64,000 bases of DNA from Phoronis australis (taxonomy: Eukaryota; Animalia; Phoronida): assembly GCA_002633005.1 (NCBI GenBank), contig NMRA01000122.1, positions 728,518-792,517 of the forward strand. The letters run 5' to 3'. Both the position numbers and the translations under genes were made by a program. Numbering within the stretch: position 1 is the stretch's first letter; each line of letters begins with the position of its first letter. Under the pieces are notes generated by a model. The model saw nothing but the letters and a program-made list of their open reading frames with translations. It had not been told where the DNA came from and did no database searches. Shown in pieces: positions 1-31,100 of this stretch.

Positions 1-985
1 TTATTGTAGTTGATTGTCTGCTCTCTATTTGATTTCTTCGCTAGTCACATGAATGTTATCGTGTTATCGTCTTATTCATAATTGCCGCCGTGATCGTCTT
101 GATTGTCGTCGTCTCCCTCATCGTCGTCTTTTCGATTAGTTCCGCCAAGTGTCGCTCCTCCGAGCGCTCTCGGTTTAAATTTTGCTTACTCATGATTCAG
201 TCCTGGCGTGGCACCGCCATGGTACGAAATACTTCTGATGAGGTTTATTATTGTACATATGTTTGAGTATAAAAATTGTGGTACATATTTTAGTCTTTTA
301 AGACTTAAAATATATTAAAATCTGAAGTGCAACTGCTAGTTTGGGATAGTAATTTTTAGTTTCTGCATAGTGAACAGAATGTTTTGGACTTTAGCTTGAT
401 TCTTCCATTTTGGCTTTACATAATTTTCATTGGCCTGATCTGTGAGCTTACCTAACTTTCACTTGAGGCAGACAGCTCACCTCCAACTCTCAGTCTGCCT
501 CTAATGCTGATTCTTCCTAATCACTGCTTAGCAGTAATCCAAACAATTAAACCTATGGGTGACCTGTCACATCACAAAGGTCACATCTTTCAGATACACA
601 TGGTCACATAACCAGAGCGTGGGGAAATTTTTTCCATGCCATGTGCTTATCATGACCAGTGTGTGCAATTTTCTCACCAGAAATATTTCATGGCACTGTG
701 CAAGTTACTGTTTCATCAATCTGAGGTTAAACATTTGCCAATTTTTCTGTCAATGCTGAAATTTATAAAATGACAAAGAAATGAAAGATTGTTACTGTTC
801 ATGAGTACTGTTTTTTAAAAACTCAATGTTAAGTTTGAGGTTCTTTTTATATGAGTATAGTGAGTTTGTATCAAGTTTGGGATCACCCTGAGGATAAAGG
901 TTCCACTTGATTATTTGAACAAGAACTTACGTATCCTAGGATGATATCTGCTCTAGTACGGGCATGGATCAGGGGGGGGGTCCAG

Positions 986-1394
986 TGCCCAGTTGCATGA
1001 AACAGTCCCAAATAGGGACTCAACTCAGTTCCCTAAATCTACTATTTGTGGACTTGTGAAAACACCAATTGTCCTTTTGTATGCTGTTTTAGTTTCATTA
1101 CTACGGTAACTCAACTTTTGGTTTTGTTACAAATCGAGATTGAACTTTATGTTGAATTCTCAATATTATCGAAAATGTATATATGGATGTTTTCATGCAA
1201 TGCTCCTAACAAGTCCCTATTTGTTTTCATTGAATTCAGGGCGCAGTTTTTAGTCATAATATTAGAAAATGTCATCAGTCAAAGATGAAATGATAGAAAA
1301 AGATCACATCTGGGAGTAAACAAAGACACAAATATGCAAAAGATTTAGGGAACTTAGTTGGTCCCTATTTGGGACTGTTTCGTACAACCTGGCA
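986..1394. mobile_element. MITE with ~55-bp TIRs and CAG target duplication (PIF/Harbinger-like)
   Basis: Left TGCCCAGTTGCATGAAACAGTCCCAAATAGGGACTCAACTCAGTTCCCTAAATCT is inverted at 1341-1394; CAG on both flanks; solo TIR copy near 6132-6161. Confidence 0.75.
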
Positions 1395-2536
1395 CAGGGA
1401 ACTGCAGTTCTTAATCCCATGTTTTCAAATGAAATGAATTTGCTACTGTAGTAAAATTAGCACTTCACTAAAGCATGTTTCATACCAGAATTTGGTTGAT
1501 TATGCGGGCCTTCAGGAATCATGTTGCTAGTCGTAGCAAATCATTTATCACGAACAGGTTGTAATGGAAAATCACAAAGTAACCTCAGGCATGTCTGTAT
1601 CTTGTTGGACCCTTTGGATAAAATCCTAGGTTATGGAGAATATGACTCCAGTAATGTGGGGATAGGTCGTGGTTGTATAGTTGGGTTAACTGGTTCTTGG
1701 TTGAACAGTAGATAGTTGGCTAACAAGGTAGCAACAGCAAGTTGATGGAGAGCAGCATATTAAACACTAACACAGTCATTGAGTTTCTACTGACACACAA
1801 AGTTTATTAACTCTAGCTACAATATATGTAGTGAATAGAAATAGCTATGGGTTGTGAGTGCAAAACAACAACAGTATTGAAAGTTCCTTGATTTCATCAA
1901 ACTCATAAACATGACTGGAGCCTGGACAGCTGTTTGGCATATAGTGTTTCACTATGAGTGGGTACTGGTCAGTGACAAAGTAAACAACAACTCAAGAATT
2001 GTTATATAATGTAAACTGTTTTGTTGAGACAGTTGTAGGTCATAGGAAATTATGAAACTTGCACTTCAACAACTTCATGAGAATTCATCACATAGGTCTT
2101 GACTGCCACATGTACATTGGTCAGATTTTATCACAGTCCATGCCTTCCATGGATTTTGCCAAATAAAACTTTTCTGGGCCAAGGCCAGCTTGAGGCAAAA
2201 CATGATATATCATTCCAGTAATATGTATTTTTGCAATAGTAACATTGTTACTGTCAACCAGTCCAATACAGGTGTTAATTAAGCTGTACTTGTGCAGTAG
2301 TATGACTGCCTCGCCTCCAGACACTGAGAAAATCAGTTCTTACTCTTAATTGAAGTGCTACGTTTCATCTGCCGTTTTTGAAAAGCAATAGGTTCTGTTA
2401 ACTGTGTTTCCTCTTTTCTTCTCTCAAGCAATGTTATTGACTATCATCTGATGTGACTCATGTTTCAGTCTGCATGGCTCATGCAGAAAGATCATGATCA
2501 ATTTACCTCAGGTGAAGGTCATTGCACTTTGTGTTA

Positions 2537-2717
2537 TACCATAATCGTTCGGGTTAACGCCCTGGGCGGTTAAATTGGCGAATCCAACAAATCGGGGGAG
2601 GGCAGTTAACCGAGCAGTGGGCGGTTAAATCGAAAATCCACTTAAGGTCAGGGATGGGTGGTTAACTGAGCATGGGCGGTTAACTGAGCATGGGCGTTAA
2701 CCCGAACGATTACGGTA
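2537..2717. mobile_element. TA-flanked MITE (Tc1/mariner/pogo-like)
   Basis: TACCATAATCGTTCGGGTTAACGCCC ... GGGCGTTAACCCGAACGATTACGGTA; internal GGGCGGTTAA repeats. Confidence 0.8.
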
Positions 2718-4151
2718 ATATAGTCCTATGACTTCAGACTGTAGGCCTTTTCAGTTACACCTGGAACCCACAAAAATCGGGCAATGTGCATTTTAACAGT
2801 AGGCCTATGTGTTTTCTATCACGGAACACTGCATCTGATTATTTCTGATTATGGTGCAGATACTTTGCATTTGCTAATAAAGGAAATTATGGGGTCACTG
2901 AGCAATAAATTTGTGAACAACTGAGTGAACATATTATCCTAAGCCTCATTTACAGGGAGCAGCTGACATGGAATAGCTGATTGGGCGCAAGTATGAACTC
3001 AACTGACAAGTTGACACCGTTAATTTGCGGCCATTTTTGACATCAGTTTGAGAGGTAGAGCTAGTTGCACTCAATCAATTGGTCGAGTGTCAACTACAGG
3101 TCTAAACACAAACTGGGGCAAGGGGCCAGGGTTAGTGAGTTCTGCTTGTACACTAGCATACATAGGGTGGGTGATGCGATTGGCTGGCATTCCTTGTGCT
3201 TTAGACATTTGCTATGTAATGTAACTCGTAACTCTCTTGTAATGCCGTTGACAACTAGCACCATGACAACTGTTCCTCGGCTCTAGTGTAGTAGTTTCAG
3301 TTTCTATCCAAAGGTTTCTAATAAACTGGTTCCATTTTAATTCGTATTAGTTTGTAAACGCTCAAATTAAGCATTTTAATTGGTAACATATTATGTACTG
3401 TATGTTTTATAGTCCCAGTCTCAAGTGAATAATCTTTACCATATTTACTGTGGACCATAATTTGCCTTATTTACAAGGTTCATGTGTAGCAACAGTTGCG
3501 GTATGCGCGGCAGTTTTTCATATTTTATTAACTGCTTACTAATACCCCCACAAATGACACAAATGAGCAAAAATGGCAGTCATGTCTGTAATAGTCGGGA
3601 TACGTGCCCACATTTTTGAGAACCTGTTATCTCTACTGAATAACTGGTGTCAGACTGGTTCTCAAAATGTTATCTGACTATTTTCGTTTTGTCAACTGTT
3701 ACATGTGTCACATTTTAGTCGGCCCTGAGCTGTAAGAGAACATATAACACAAATTCTTTCTCCTGGCAATTTACTTCTTCCTTGTATGACTAAGTAAAGT
3801 ATTTGTAATTCATTACTTAAAAAGTTCGGCATTATGTTTATAAAATTGCACTAATTCTTCATTATTTAGTCTATAGTATGTTGGACAAGTGAAATTTAAT
3901 TTGTCAAATCTCTTAACAAAAATAAAGATGTAGAAATTTCCAGTCTATTATTAACTTGGTTCATACTGTGTAGATATCATAAAACAACAATTGGTAAAGT
4001 TTGCATCGTGTTGTCTGCAGTAAACTAACTTATGAAGTGGAAAAGCGCCTAAATTGGCAAGTATTTTTATGGGAGGTAAGTGAGGATTGTCTCATTGGTT
4101 GTTATGGAAACAAGTTTATACGCGTGAGTTTCTGGATGTCGTCTTTTGTAG

Positions 4152-23009
<18,858 letters not shown>

Positions 23010-25014
23010 AGCTATGACGAGTTATTGCCATTCTACAAAGTGACTACTAGTGCCATCTATTGTGCAAGGAGCAAGGCACATAGAGGAAATACGGTTTTAT
23101 AAATATTTATAGATTGATGTTGCATATTTTGCTGGACATTATACGCTATCATTATATTTATAAACAGGTGGCTTTTGCTATTTTTGGCCATCTGTCCTTT
23201 ATTAGATGTTTACTGTATAAACTCTGTTGAGTTAAATATGAAGGTAGTGCAACTGAATACTGGAGACCGGCCAAGCTTTTTACAAGGAGACAATCTTCTT
23301 ACAGAGCGATTCATTGGTGACTGGGAGAGGATTGTTATTGCACATTGTAATCATTGATATGCAAGCATTTAGTTCTAAGGAGTGTTAGCATGAGCAAGCA
23401 AGGCTATATGTGGGTTGAGAGAGTACATGGATATCGGTACATAGACTACACCAATTGTAATTTCCAAGTGAAATCAATCTTCGAGCCAGGTACCCATATG
23501 AGGCGAGTTATAGGAATCAGCAACATTGCCAACAGGCTAAATGCTAAAGCTGGAAATTGATTACTGCTTTTGGTAGAGGGATTATGTCTGAACACTGCAT
23601 TTAGCTTTGGGGAGAGTTAGCGTGGACGGGCAAGGTGATCATGTGCCTTTAGTATCCAGTGTCGTTCCCTGGTTTTTTAAGCACTAAGTTCTAAATGCCT
23701 ACATATGTCATGTTTACGTCTTGTTTTCGTAAATGTTAAGCAGTTTCTCAACATATTTGATGTTATACTGTTGAGGTCTGGCACAGTTTTGCATAATATG
23801 GTTTAACTGCTGTTATGTTATATTAACAAGTCTATAATAGTGTTCCTCTGCTAAGTTATCACATTTCTAGTAAAATATAACAAGATTTTACTCAAAGTTA
23901 GCTTTCCTTGGTTCATTTTAAAAGGGTTTGGAAACAAAGACAAAAAAGTTTATTTGCAAAGGCTTAAAAATCAGTGAAAATGTTGCACAGCCCACTGGAA
24001 CTACAAGGCCATCATTATATTGATTGTTTAACTCCCACTGCCACACACTGAAGGGCAAGTCTGGAAAGTTACTCTTCTTAACCCAGTTAATCTTCAATTT
24101 CATGGGAGATAACTACAGTTTAACAACATTGGAAGATGACAGCAACAGTTTAACCAAATCCGAAACAAAAGTAAAGTTTTTTTTTTTGTATTTTTGAATA
24201 TTTCTGTCAATCCCGTCAAATTGCAATTTATGCTATGGCCTCTAAACTGTCCATCGGCAATGTTTAATTGACTCAAATTCAAAATGATTCTGATTCAGGA
24301 TCAAAGTTTGAGATGAGGTATGTATCGGTACTGGCAGGGGTATGAATTTCAACTGTGATATTGTTTTTTTATCAGAAATCTTGGAAGACTTTCCTGGCAA
24401 AAATCTGCCTCTATGTCTGGTGTCATAATTTTAGAATCATAAAAATAACCTGTGTGCATCTTGCCTCAAACTCAACAAATAATAGTGTTTTTTGATGGAT
24501 TGCACCCTATGTCACACTTACCCTGAACATTTATTTAGCACTGGGAAGTGTAGTTCTAATAAAACATGGCAGTGAATCAGTTCATGTATCTCTGTACATG
24601 CATATATTTCGGTCAGTGTTAATGCATCACCGTACAAGTCAAACACACATTTAGGCTTATGCAGTGTAAGGCACACAAACTTGTATGTTAAACACTTGAG
24701 CAAAACCTGTTGGGGAATTTTTAAAAGTGGGAGTAGAATTGACTTGAATTCAAGCCGACACTAACAAGTAAACTGACAAAATCACCGAGTTTAAGAAAGG
24801 AAAATTTGCAAGCTGCGACTGTAAGTAAAGTTTAGCTTAAGCAATATTTCTCCATTGACTTGGATGCATGGGCCTAAATAAGATTCAAGACAATGCTGCA
24901 TATTCATCCTTGGTATACAAACTCAGAGTTTTAGATACAACTTGCCATTATTAAGAGTTTGAAATCGTGTGTAGCTATTTTAATAGTTATTAGATTTCTA
25001 CGCAACAGTAAAAT

Positions 25015-25197
25015 TTATTGCGTTACTGTTTTTGGAAGGATGCTTGAAACAGGGTAATAACCATTTCTACTTTTGAACGAGTCTAGATCGTTAATGAAGC
25101 TGGCGTCTGAGCCGCACTCCATGATGTCGTAGAAGTCTCCAACTACTGTATTGCTGTTTTCTGCACCATCCACCTGCTCACTTTCACAGCCAACAAT
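25015..25197 (-). CDS. NRDC: NRDC last coding exon
   Basis: IVGCESEQ...SFINDLDSFKSRNGYYPVSSILPKTVTQ-stop. Confidence 0.87.
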   Translation of the reverse strand: MVGCESEQVDGAENSNTVVGDFYDIMECGSDASFINDLDSFKSRNGYYPVSSILPKTVTQ

Positions 25198-28100
25198 CTG
25201 AAGACAAAACCAAATTCGTTATGAGCAACAACAACACCTTAAGAATAACAGTTCTGGAGAAGGGGCATATGATATACAAGAGCAACGCAGAGCGTTGAAA
25301 TGCGCCCACGAATGCACCGCAAACGGTGTGCTTCTAGGGTTGTTTTTTGTTTCATACAAATAGCCGCTAGATGGTGCAAAAACATCCAATCCACCTGAAA
25401 ACAGGAAAATGCCATTGCTTCTTCAATAGAAAGCTATTTACCAAATTTCATAAAAATCTGTCAAGGAACTTCAGAGAAACGAAGGAAAACGGAAAAAATT
25501 AAACTGCCACTAAAGGGCACAACTTTCATTGGATGGGCCTGAACGACGTCTGTTGTTAGCTTTATACAAATACAATTACTAAAATTAATAAAAATCATGT
25601 ATTGTGTTAAGGAGATGCAGCTATGGGCGCAAAACAAAACTATCACTAGACGGCAGCACAGTAGTCTAATTCGTTATAGTCAACTGCCCTCCTCACGCTG
25701 AAAACATACACACCAGTAGCCAGATGCATCCGAAAGTCATCATCATCCATTGTCAACATCACATAAATATACTTTCTAAATTCAATAAAGATCCTGCCAA
25801 CGGTTTAGGAGATACAGCCCTGGGCGCAAAAACAAAATTGCTACAAGGAGGCGCCACAGTACACGAAATCGTCGGAAAATCATCGTCAGCCGTCTTGTTC
25901 ATAGTAAAAACATACATGCCAGTTTTCACAATCATCCTTTGAGCTGTTTGGTTGATAGAGGGGTGGACGCCAAAAAACAGACTTGAAAACAGCAAAAATG
26001 GCCACTAGGTGGTGCAAATTTCATTGAATCCATCCAAAAACAGAAAGATAGCGTTATCTCACTAATAGGTGCCTATATGCCAAATTATATGAAAATACAT
26101 TGAGGACCTTTGATGATATAGAGGTAAGCGTAAAACAATAAAATTGCCACTAGGGGGCACATCGGTAGTCGGATCCGTCCGAAAGTTCGCTCATGCCGTC
26201 CCATTCATGAAAGGAAAATATTTTCTAAAATTCACGAAGGTATGTCAAAGGGTTTTGGAGATAGAGCAGCAGACGCGTGCCGCCGGACGGACGGACAGAG
26301 ATGATGGCATAATGCGTCCACATATAAATATGTGGGTGCATACAAAAGGGATTAAAACAGCTCGCATAAGACAAAAAATGGCGAGAGACACTTAAAACAT
26401 GCTTAAAACCTGAATCCACAAACACCTGTNACATGCCAGTTTTCACAATCATCCTTTGAGCTGTTTGGTTGATAGAGGGGTGGACGCCAAAAAACAGACT
26501 TGAAAACAGCAAAAATGGCCACTAGGTGGTGCAAATTTCATTGAATCCATCCAAAAACAGAAAGATAGCGTTATCTCACTAATAGGTGCCTATATGCCAA
26601 ATTATATGAAAATACATTGAGGACCTTTGATGATATAGAGGTAAGCGTAAAACAATAAAATTGCCACTAGGGGGCACATCGGTAGTCGGATCCGTCCGAA
26701 AGTTCGCTCATGCCGTCCCATTCATGAAAGGAAAATATTTTCTAAAATTCACGAAGGTATGTCAAAGGGTTTTGGAGATAGAGCAGCAGACGCGTGCCGC
26801 CGGACGGACGGACAGAGATGATGGCATAATGCGTCTACATATAAATATGTGGGTGCATACAAAAGGGATTAAAACAGCTCGCATAAGACAAAAAATGGCG
26901 AGAGACACTTAAAACATGCTTAAAACCTGAATCCACAAACACCTGTCCATCAGAGTTAGACACTTTCAATCAACGTGATGCCAATAATTTAATTTCTAGT
27001 AAAAGAAACCTAGACAATTGCAGAACATGGACTGCCAACTCTTGTATACTCTCGATGCATGAGATCTGTGACCTTGTGCACAAGTCACACATTCTTGTTC
27101 ATTATCAGCACCGGCTGAGTTTGCCACTTTTACTCCTGACATACACATGCTGACCGCGGTTGTTCAAATTTAGCACCTTCCAAGTTACCAGTGTGGCCTA
27201 GTGTGATAGGTGCCGGCCTACTTTACTCGAGGTTGTGGGTTCGAGTCACGCTGGGCCACACTACTAGACCCTTGAGTTAGGTCTCTCGGTTCTTTAATAG
27301 AGCACAAAAATGGTTCCAGGTGATCAGTGCACAGGGCCCACCTAAGGGGCCTTCACACGTGTGTAACACACCGCCTGCAATTATTTTTTCCTGAACTATT
27401 GGCAAAAATAGGGCACCAAGAATTCTACCAAAGGAATGTGATTTTAAGCCTTAAAAGGCTTGTCAGTACCCAAATGTTTTCTTCCATACTACTAGGTGGC
27501 GGTAAAGTACTTGTCTGTTCCTGTCCAACTACACATACCATAAGCTGAGATTAGCATGTGAAGTGGCAGCTCAGCTTGGAAACTCTTATACTGCAAATTT
27601 GTTGTCTATGACCCATGAGCACACACCCTACGTATTTTGACGTGGAAATTCAGAACAATGTCAATTCATTCTGGATCCAAGCTATCCCACAATTTTTTGC
27701 ACACTGTAAAGAGCACAAAATGGTCTTTTGCATTGTTTCATAATGTTTTATGTGACGAGTAGTTACCTGTATACTGAGCTTCTTTTTATCATCAACTATC
27801 ATTAGTTGGTTGAACCATGTTAGGACTTCTTCTAAAGTCAGCTTGGAGAGTTCGGAGATCTGTAACAAAAATAAAAAAATATTCAACAAATGAAAGTGTC
27901 ACTAACTATTTCAGCATTTCCTAATTTTCATTTATAAAATACGATGGAAAAAGCAACTAAATGAAATTCCAGCTGTTAGTAGTTTGCAATTGTTTGCTCA
28001 CAGCCATTTTCTGATATAGCAGTGACATGATGAAATACACGTTGCCACTAGATGGTGCTAGGGTATTTGGTGACTAACAATCTGCACTCTTGCAAGAATT

Positions 28101-31100
28101 TAATTCAATGGGATATTTTTCAGTGTTATGTATAAATTTTTTGTGGTCACCATGGTGTCAAATTGCCACACGCAAACAAAAATGCCACTTCTGTCCATCT
28201 AGTACACAAAAAATCAAGATTGGGTCAAACGAAAAAACTTTTTTTGCTAAAGAATCGTATGTCCCTCGTAGTAGCTCTCTGACATGACTGGAAATAACAC
28301 TTGAAGGATACTAGACCATGTTTTGATTATTTCAACCAAACCTCATTTTGTCACCTGCTAATGCTTCATTGGAATCAACTAAAAGACTCCCTATGTCACA
28401 GATTGGACATTATGGTCCTTGGTGGGTGGTCTTTTCCCACAGTTGCCGTGTAATTAGGTAAAAGCGCCAGTCATTCTTGCCCATTTAGCAGAATTTGAAA
28501 AGAGTTTTCAAATTTTCATGCAAGCTTTTGAGGGTTGTCAAGGGTTACAGAGCATTGTTTTGTTCCATAGAACTGGATGGGTAAGTCATTATTAGTATCT
28601 GTTAATAGGCTAAGACTAGGTTAGGTGTCCTTTTAATTAACCGGAATGTTGACACGGCTGAAATCATTTACTGTTGTTATAAACCAACAGTAGCATGTAT
28701 TATCCTACTCATATCGACCACTAGAACTTGCATATAAAGCAGTTCACTTCCCACAGTAAGGTCACTAGAGTTTGTATCCAATAACCAGTCTCGTGATGCA
28801 GGCACAAGCATCGTGATTTCCCATTATAGCAAGAGAGACATCTCGTGTTACAACATGTCATCGTAGCAACATTGTGCGGTACAGGCTGTTCTAAAACACA
28901 GGACTGGAGAGAGAGACTGCTTAATGTCACATTCAAGTTATGTTTTGAATTTAGAGGAGGCAGTGTGGCCTGGTTGGATAAGTTTACACTTCAGTTTCTC
29001 AAGGTCGTTGGGTCGAGTATCATTGTGGCGCACTGCCAGACCCTTGGATCATGTCTTTAGCTCCTCAGCACAGTTTAAACTATGTTAATAAGGTGTAAAA
29101 ATAGTTCCAGGTGATCAGTGCAATGTGCTCATCTGAATGGTCTGCGCACCTCGGATACAACGTGTATCAGACTGCCTGCAATTATTTTTTTTTGAGTTTT
29201 AATTTCATTGTTAAGCTTTCAGATGGTAACTATTACTACAACTCTAGATTCCAGTAATAAGCGTTTATGAAAGCTCAACAGAAAAAAGTTTGCAAAATAA
29301 GACAACCAACAAAATTATGACATTGATAAGAAGTCAGGGCCCAAAAAACATTCGCCTACAAAGCAATAAACCATTTTTACCTGGATATAAATAAACTTAA
29401 GCTTATAAGTCAATGCAGAAGATTCAGCCAAAGCCTACCTCAAGGTCCAACCTGTGGAAGAGATAGCGTTGCTTGCGAATCTCTGACCAGTGGCGTGAAG
29501 CCTCCTCGCCTAGATACATGTCTTCGCAGCGCTTTAATGTTATCAAAGAGGACACATGGTGCTGAAACTGCTCCTCGGTAAAGTTGTTTAGCATCTCGGA
29601 GAATGACGACAGGAAGTCCCGGATCTTAGAGTCGACAAAAGCAGTGCTGGAATGAGAGATCATCAGGCTTTGATGGACATTTGACCAGAAATAAAAATAC
29701 ATTGCTTTCATGGACTTAAGTATAAAATTCATGCTGCTAGCAAATAAGCACATAAGCAGACACATAAATAAGACATGTTCAGCTGAGATCAGGTAGTTGT
29801 CAAACAAGATTGAGAACACATAATCGACTATGTTAATGTAAACAAAACTAGAGGGCGCTATAGTACCTGAACTTTGTTGCTTGCATTTGAACACAAATAA
29901 GTATGCCAATAATGCCTTCCGTGTCCAAGTTCTGTGAGTACACAGTGTAGCCAAGCTGTTCCTGTGTGCGTAGATAGTTAAAACATGGCTCCTCCATCAT
30001 TACCTGGAAAAGACACCGAGATGACAACATGCTGTAGAATCCAGTCAGCCAACCATTCATGGAATTAAGCAGAGGATTTTCTAACATTTTCGAAATTAAA
30101 GGAACTAGCGAGTGACATGAATGCGCTGCAGTCTGACTTACTTTCTTGTTTTTGTTGTCAAGCAAAATGATTCCAAGGAAGATCACAAACAAAATATGAT
30201 AACACCTTTAAGTCAGGTAAAAAATATTTCCAACCCATGTGACACAACCAGAAGGTATTCACTTGAATGGATCCATAATAAGTTACTTTTCATTAAAATG
30301 GTGCATACAATCGAGTGTCAAACTAGATTACAGTGAAACTTTGTTGTAATGAGATTCAGTGATTAACATAGCTCAGGGCCACCACGGTAACATTTCAATA
30401 ACATCACCATTTCCTAATCTAAGTCTACAATGTTTTTCAAAACAAATCCCCGAAAGTTACTTCAAATTTGGTTATTTCAACCTGCTTCCTGGGGGGCATT
30501 CTCTGGATTCTTTAAGATGCCTTACATCCTGTATCCACCACAAACCTCGAGTAATTCATTGACAGCAGCATCACGTAGGTCACCAGGCCCATGTTGATAA
30601 TAGTTTATGACAGAGGAGTTAGGGTCTGTCTGATTGAATGACCTCACTTTCAGGGAACTCTCTACTTTGGGGAGGTTAATAACACGGGTCTGAAAATGAA
30701 AAGTTATGCCATAGCTGTTATAACAAAGAAGGTGTATGTGTGTATAAAAACACTTCAACAATCAAGTAGTACAATCTTAATTACTATTTTCCCACATAAT
30801 ATGTGCTCATGCTTCATTGAGTTAATTCTACGTGAAACGTATTTTTAAATGCGTTGGTTAACTTAAACACATAACCTTTCTCAAGACAGAAGTTGTGTTC
30901 ACACAAAACATTTACAACAATGATCTGGATTGTCGAAACTCTTGAATTAGAGCAACAAACAACAGATACTACACTATAAATTGACTGAATTACAGTAATT
31001 GCAGAAAACTGTCAGTTTCTTGAAAAGAACTAGATGCTCAGGCTGCTTTTCACATTATAACAGGGCCACTTTTAAACAATTTGCTTAAACTACTTCAGAG

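Noticed and set aside
1-4150. GLDC exons 1-2
   Set aside because: No segment encoding the expected RRHIGP or LI..TVP..IR motifs with suitable splice sites was found; presumed upstream of the window
26144-26912. Duplicated 83-aa ORFs (MPLGGTSVVG...) and the related 36235 ORF
   Set aside because: Chance frames in HINE satellite monomers with non-ATG starts; the duplication flanks an N gap
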